Source: Longimicrobiales bacterium
GTDB taxonomy: Bacteria > Gemmatimonadota > Gemmatimonadetes > Longimicrobiales > Gaopeijiaceae
Reading direction: 5' to 3'
Length of the DNA: 64,000 bases
NCBI GenBank assembly: GCA_965116905.1
Contig: OZ220732.1
Location: 512,001 to 576,000, forward strand
Shown: positions 59,294-64,000 of the stretch, piece by piece
Layout of the letters: each line of letters begins with the position of its first letter
Position numbering within the stretch: position 1 is the stretch's first letter
Notes under the pieces: generated by a model
Told to the model about the DNA's origin: nothing
Seen by the model: only the letters and a program-made list of their open reading frames with translations
Database searches by the model: none
Program-made: the position numbers and the translations under genes

Positions 59294-60043
59294 GTGCCGC
59301 AATCCCTTTCGCCGCTCCGGTGCCTGCTGCTCCAGGTCCGGGACCCGGGCGACCCGATGATGTCGCACGAGGTCTCTTCCTTCGAGCGCGCCCTCGCGCC
59401 GATGCCGGCGGAGATCGGGGTTTTCGACCTCCTCGGCGGAAGGCTGCGAAGCGCGGATCTCGCCGGCATCGATCTCTTGCTGCTCGGCGGGAGCGGGGCC
59501 TATTCCGCCGCGATCGGAGGCCCGTGGTTCGCCACCGCCATGGATTCGTTGCGCACCGTGCATGGCTCCGGTGTTCCCGCGTTCGCCTCGTGCTGGGGAT
59601 TCCAGGCCATGGCGGCCGCGATGGGTGGCCGGGTCGTTCAGGACCGGAGCCGCGCCGAAGTGGGGACCCATCGGGTGTTTCTCACCGCCGAGGCTCGCCG
59701 GGATCCGGTCTTCGGCAGCCTTCCGCTTTCGTTCGCCGCGCAAATGGGGCACGAGGACCTTGTGGAGGAACTGCCGCCCCGAACGACACTGCTTGCTTCG
59801 TCGAACGCGGTCGTCAATCAGGCGTACCGCTTCGAGGACGCGCCCGTCTACTGCACCCAGTTCCACCCCGAGCTGGATTCGGCGGGACTGCTGGCCCGCT
59901 TGTCCACCTATCCGAGGTACGCCGCCGAAGTTGCCGGCGCGTCGTTCCAGGAGATCGTGGACCGGACGGAGGAAACCCCGGCAGCCAATCGACTGGTCCG
60001 CCTTTTCGCCGAGCACGCCGTGCGCAGGGCTAGGCCTGCTTGA
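59294..60043 (+). CDS. Type 1 glutamine amidotransferase-like protein
   Basis: GGSG, SCWGFQ, GHED, TQFHPE. Confidence 0.9.
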   Translation: MPQSLSPLRCLLLQVRDPGDPMMSHEVSSFERALAPMPAEIGVFDLLGGRLRSADLAGIDLLLLGGSGAYSAAIGGPWFATAMDSLRTVHGSGVPAFASCWGFQAMAAAMGGRVVQDRSRAEVGTHRVFLTAEARRDPVFGSLPLSFAAQMGHEDLVEELPPRTTLLASSNAVVNQAYRFEDAPVYCTQFHPELDSAGLLARLSTYPRYAAEVAGASFQEIVDRTEETPAANRLVRLFAEHAVRRARPA

Positions 60044-61277
60044 TCCAGCGCACGAGTTCTCGAAGCGTGGGGCGTTTCCCCTGCATGAGGATGCCTACAC
60101 GGTAGATCCGGCCCGCCACCCATGCCGTCCCGATCAGGGCCGCCACCATCAGCACCAGCGACGCGCCCACCATCCACCACGGCACCGCGCCCACCACGGC
60201 CCTCGGATACATCATGATCGGCGAGAAGAACGGGAAGAGGGCCGCCCAATCCATCCACGGAAGCCTGCTGCCCTCGATCGATGTCATCTGCAGGATGAAG
60301 GGAACGATCAGAAGCATCATGACCGGGAACTGCGCCTGCTGGGCCTCTTCCTCCGTACTGCACATTGCGCCCACGGCGGCAAAGAGCGACGAGTAGAGGA
60401 AGTACCCCAGTAGGAAGAACACCAACAGGAGGCCAAGGGCACCGACCCCCGGCATCAGCTGCCCCAGTTCCGCGACATCCACCTGGGGCCAGTTCGCCGC
60501 GATCATCGGGATCCCCAGCAGTCCGATCAGTGCGGCGCACGCCACCCAGATCCCCACCTGGGTAAGTCCCATCGAACCCACCCCCAAGATCTTCCCGAGC
60601 ATGAGGCGCCACGGGCTGATCGACGACACCACCACCTCGACGACGCGGTTGCGCTTTTCGTCCAGAACGGAACGCAGCACATAGGCTCCGTAGAAGAGCA
60701 TCGTGAAGTAAAGAAGGAACGCCCCCGCGAAGCCGGTCGCCATCCCCGACACGCGTTCCAGCTCCGACTGCTCCTCGCCCAGCGACTCGAAGGACAGTCG
60801 CCCGCCTGCGAGCAGCTCCCGCAGCCCCGCGGTATTCTCCGCAAACGAGAGCCGCAGTTCCAGCACGTTCTCCACCACGACGTTCTCGAACACCGCAGCG
60901 CGCAGCCGTCCTGGCGCCTCGGTGCCCCGATAGGCGAAGACCCCCTCCTGCATGGTCAGGTCGTCGAGGACGACGTAGGCCTCGATCTCGTCCTCGTTCA
61001 CGCGCCGGTCCATCTCCTGCAGGTCGACACCGCGGTCAACCAGTTCAACGTCGTAGCCCACCGCCTCCATGCCCGCGGCCACCGCCTCGCCGAGCTGCCC
61101 CGTGAGGTCGACCAGCGCGAGGTCGCGCTCGCTACGCTCCGCCTGGATGCCGAGGAACACACTCAGGCCGATCAGACCGATCATGAGCACCGGCATCGCG
61201 ATCGTCGCGATGATGAAGCCCTTGGTTCTGACCCGCTCGACGTACTCGCGCCGCAGGACTACCCAGACCTGTCTCAT
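60030..61277 (-). CDS. ABC-2 permease (NatB/YhaP-like)
   Basis: RREYVERVRTKGF, DEKRNRVVEV, LMLGKILG, EEAQQ. Confidence 0.9.
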   Translation of the reverse strand: MRQVWVVLRREYVERVRTKGFIIATIAMPVLMIGLIGLSVFLGIQAERSERDLALVDLTGQLGEAVAAGMEAVGYDVELVDRGVDLQEMDRRVNEDEIEAYVVLDDLTMQEGVFAYRGTEAPGRLRAAVFENVVVENVLELRLSFAENTAGLRELLAGGRLSFESLGEEQSELERVSGMATGFAGAFLLYFTMLFYGAYVLRSVLDEKRNRVVEVVVSSISPWRLMLGKILGVGSMGLTQVGIWVACAALIGLLGIPMIAANWPQVDVAELGQLMPGVGALGLLLVFFLLGYFLYSSLFAAVGAMCSTEEEAQQAQFPVMMLLIVPFILQMTSIEGSRLPWMDWAALFPFFSPIMMYPRAVVGAVPWWMVGASLVLMVAALIGTAWVAGRIYRVGILMQGKRPTLRELVRWIKQA

Positions 61278-62215
61278 CGCGCACCTCCCGCCACCCCAAG
61301 CGCCGGTTCCGGGTCCGGTTGTCCCGCATGCCTCACGAAGATCTCGTGCAGACTGGGCTCCAGCAGTTCGAAGCGGCGCAACATCACCCGTTCGGCCACT
61401 GCGGCCGCCAGAAGCCGGTCGGGCTCGACCCCGAGATCCGCACCGATGTGATACGTGTCGTCCACCTTCTTCGGGTTGGTGATGCCCTGCCGGACCAGCC
61501 AACCGTCGTCGCCCTCGAACTCGATGGCGATGGCACCCGTTCGTTCGCGTCGCTTCAACTGCTTGAGGTTGCCATCGAGCACCTTGCAGGACCGGGAGAT
61601 GAGACAAACCCTTTCGCAGAGGCGCTCCGCCTGGTCCATGAGGTGCGTTGAGAAGAGGATGGTGGTGCCCTGCTCGTGCTGTTCCCGGACGATGGACTCC
61701 AGCACGTCCTGATTGATGGGGTCCAGGCCGCTGAAGGGTTCGTCGAGGATCAGAAGGTCCGGATCGTGCAGGACGGTGCCGATGAACTGCACCTTCTGCT
61801 GCATGCCCTTCGAGAGTTGCTGCACCTTCTTGTTCGCCCACTCCTCGAGGCCCAGCCGCTCCAGCCACTCCATGGCGCGCCGGCGCACGATCTGACGGGT
61901 CATGCCACGCAATTCACCGAGGAAGACGAGCTGCTCGAGCACCTTCATCTTCTCGTAGACCCCGCGTTCCTCGGGGAGGTACCCCACCCGATTCCGCCGC
62001 GTGAAGTCCGGGAATCCGCCGAGCAGTTCGACGGTGCCCCGGTCGGGGAGGAGGATGGCCATGATCATCCGGATCGTGGTCGTCTTGCCCGATCCGTTGG
62101 GCCCGAGGAGGCCGAGGATTGTCCCACGGGGGATGTCGAGGTCGAAATCCGAAACCGCCGTGTGTGCGCCGAAGCGCTTGGTGATGCCCGAAAGGCGAAC
62201 CGCGTAATCCGTCAC
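61274..62215 (-). CDS. ABC ATP-binding protein (NatA/YhaQ-like)
   Basis: GPNGSGKTT, GYLPEERG, LSKGMQQK, DEPFSGLDP; GTG start inferred. Confidence 0.93.
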   Translation of the reverse strand: MTDYAVRLSGITKRFGAHTAVSDFDLDIPRGTILGLLGPNGSGKTTTIRMIMAILLPDRGTVELLGGFPDFTRRNRVGYLPEERGVYEKMKVLEQLVFLGELRGMTRQIVRRRAMEWLERLGLEEWANKKVQQLSKGMQQKVQFIGTVLHDPDLLILDEPFSGLDPINQDVLESIVREQHEQGTTILFSTHLMDQAERLCERVCLISRSCKVLDGNLKQLKRRERTGAIAIEFEGDDGWLVRQGITNPKKVDDTYHIGADLGVEPDRLLAAAVAERVMLRRFELLEPSLHEIFVRHAGQPDPEPALGVAGGAR

Positions 62216-62509
62216 GAGACTGTACCCGAGTGGAAGTGGAGGACTGTTGCGCGCTGCTGCGCGTCGCGTGCATGCCTGAGCGTGGCGTGCATGCCGTCCG
62301 GTCACCGGACCCGCCGGCACGCGAACCATTCGTCAGGATGCCAACACAGGGTACGCCAAGCCTGTCGGAAGCCTTCAATTGGACTGCAGTTACCGCCCTG
62401 ATTGCGGCCATCGCCGTGACGCCGATCCGGGATGACGTCACGCGGCCGGACCTCCAGGGGAGATTTTGGTTATTCTAAGAGTGCGCTACCAGTACACGAA
62501 GGAGTTCGA

Positions 62510-62701
62510 GTGGCTATCTACCGTACCATTTTCTACGGCGACATTACAGTGGGCACGGGGGGCAGAATGACGATCCCCCTGTCGATGCGGGACCGATGCG
62601 GCATCCAGGAGGGGGACACCTTGACGGTCCGGGTGGAGGAGAATCCGAAGGGGATTCGCCAACTGGTCATGTGGAGAAGGGTTACCGACCCGGAGGACTG
62701 A
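62510..62701 (+). CDS. AbrB/MazE/SpoVT-like DNA-binding protein
   Basis: SD GAAGGAG then GTG; VGTGGRMTIPLSMRDRCGIQEGDTL. Confidence 0.8.
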   Translation: MAIYRTIFYGDITVGTGGRMTIPLSMRDRCGIQEGDTLTVRVEENPKGIRQLVMWRRVTDPED

Positions 62702-62710
62702 CCGCAATCA

Positions 62711-62748
62711 ACCGGATCACGCCGGGGCACGGACCCCGGGTGGCCGGT
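62711..62748. terminator. Hairpin between convergent genes
   Basis: CCGGGG/CCCCGG core with ACCGG/CCGGT outer stem. Confidence 0.4.
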
Positions 62749-63992
62749 CACCGCAGTTCGGCCCAGCGAACGAGTTCCAGGAGCGGACGGCTTCCGTCGT
62801 GGAGCCAGTCCGGATCGGGGAAGGGGACCTGATCGAGCGGCACGATCCTCGTCGCCCCAATGGCAGCGAGCGCCTCACCGAACTCGTGGCGGCGAGAGCC
62901 CATGCCGGCCAGCCCCACGGTCTGCAGGACACGGGCAAGGGGCGTCAGGACCTCGACGCACCCGGCCAGGTCCGGGACCGGTACGACCCAGGCGGTGCGG
63001 CCGCCCACCGGCTCGAAGAGCTCGGGCGGCGCGAGGGCGACGGTCCAGGCTCCCGCGTCGCCGGTCCACAGCCGGACGTCGTCTGAAGCCGCGCGTTGCA
63101 GCGCAAGCCGCCCCCGCAACTGGTGCCGGGCGGACCAGTCGCCGGCAGCTGAAGCCGCCGGAGGCAGCGTGTTCGCCAGCGCCTGCAAACGGGCCGCGAA
63201 GCGGGCGGACCAGTCGCGAGCATCGCCGTGGCTGCCGAGAACCAGGATCAGGTGGGTGCTGACACACCCCTTCTGGTCGAACAGCGCGACGGCCTGGGCC
63301 GCTTGACCATCGGCATCGGGAGCCGCGCAGGGATCGACGATCGCGACGCCGAGGCGGTGGGGATGCTCGATCACCCGGGTGGCAGCGGGGGTTCTGGCGC
63401 GGATAGACTCGATCGCGTTGTCGCCGCCGTATACGACGACCTGGCCGGCTCGTGTGAGGACCTCCCGCTCCCATGCCTCCCAGTCCGGGTCGCCGCCGGG
63501 CCAGTACTGAACCGCCAACGCACCGCGCAGCCGGTCGTCGGCGCGTCCCAGTTCCCGGGCGAACAGGGTGGTCAGGGCGATGTCCCCCGCGCCGGGCTTG
63601 GCCAGCACCGGCGACTTGACCAGCAGGGCCCGAATGATGGATGTAACCGTCACTCCGGGCACGGACCCCGCTCCGACGTGCACCGTGACGCCCGGCGCGG
63701 CCGCCCGGATCTCCCTGCCGGAATCTGCGACGAACCCGTCCAGCACCGCGGGATCGGCGAATTCGGAGCGCAGCAGGCGATCCAGCGCCTCGGTGGTCCA
63801 GGAGTCGGCCATGCCGTGGACCACCACCCGCGCCATGGCCGGTGTGAGGCCCGCGTTGCCCGCCACTTCGGCCACGGTGCGGTCGTCGAGCCGTTGGGCC
63901 AGGCGCTCCCCGGCGGCGCCGAGGACATTCACAAGGTCGTTGGCGCACATGGCCGCAAGACGCTCTCGCGACTCGGCCAGGCACGACATCAC
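62748..63992 (-). CDS. LuxC-like acyl-CoA reductase (probably 5'-truncated by the window edge)
   Basis: HVGAGSVPG, ALLVKS, VVVYGG, FDQKGCVS, HDG; frame is open to position 64000. Confidence 0.82.
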   Translation of the reverse strand: MMSCLAESRERLAAMCANDLVNVLGAAGERLAQRLDDRTVAEVAGNAGLTPAMARVVVHGMADSWTTEALDRLLRSEFADPAVLDGFVADSGREIRAAAPGVTVHVGAGSVPGVTVTSIIRALLVKSPVLAKPGAGDIALTTLFARELGRADDRLRGALAVQYWPGGDPDWEAWEREVLTRAGQVVVYGGDNAIESIRARTPAATRVIEHPHRLGVAIVDPCAAPDADGQAAQAVALFDQKGCVSTHLILVLGSHGDARDWSARFAARLQALANTLPPAASAAGDWSARHQLRGRLALQRAASDDVRLWTGDAGAWTVALAPPELFEPVGGRTAWVVPVPDLAGCVEVLTPLARVLQTVGLAGMGSRRHEFGEALAAIGATRIVPLDQVPFPDPDWLHDGSRPLLELVRWAELR

Positions 63993-64000
63993 CGTACTAG

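Noticed and set aside
62748..63992. Bioluminescence locus
   Set aside because: Only a LuxC-like gene is visible; such reductases occur widely without luciferase.

Overview
High-GC bacterial chromosome segment. Gene content is most consistent with Gemmatimonadota (inference, not verified). About 55 credible genes were found; no rRNA, tRNA, CRISPR array, integrase or transposase was recognised. Core genes include pckA, maeB, an RpoD-family sigma factor, ssb, polA, a cold-shock gene, gcvH/gcvP, a lipoyl ligase, tatA, lepB, a TrmJ-like methylase, a six-gene Alternative Complex III operon (actABCDEF), two ABC exporters and several secreted hydrolases. The main accessory region is about 6.0-9.6 kb, a lower-GC stack of toxin-antitoxin modules: Phd-VapC, VapB-VapC, higA behind a decapitated higB, and a frameshifted vapC 3' relic. 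Inside it lies the best candidate for an undescribed system, a translationally coupled three-gene operon: TIGR04255-like protein, WDGYGA-motif protein, and a small protein with ADP-ribosyltransferase-like motifs. Other candidates are an MscS lipoprotein coupled to a ~1000 aa degenerate P-loop protein, and a PadR operon with two minimal MotA/ExbB-like membrane proteins. Family calls come from motif recognition by eye, not database searches, and many start codons were re-picked relative to the ORF track.
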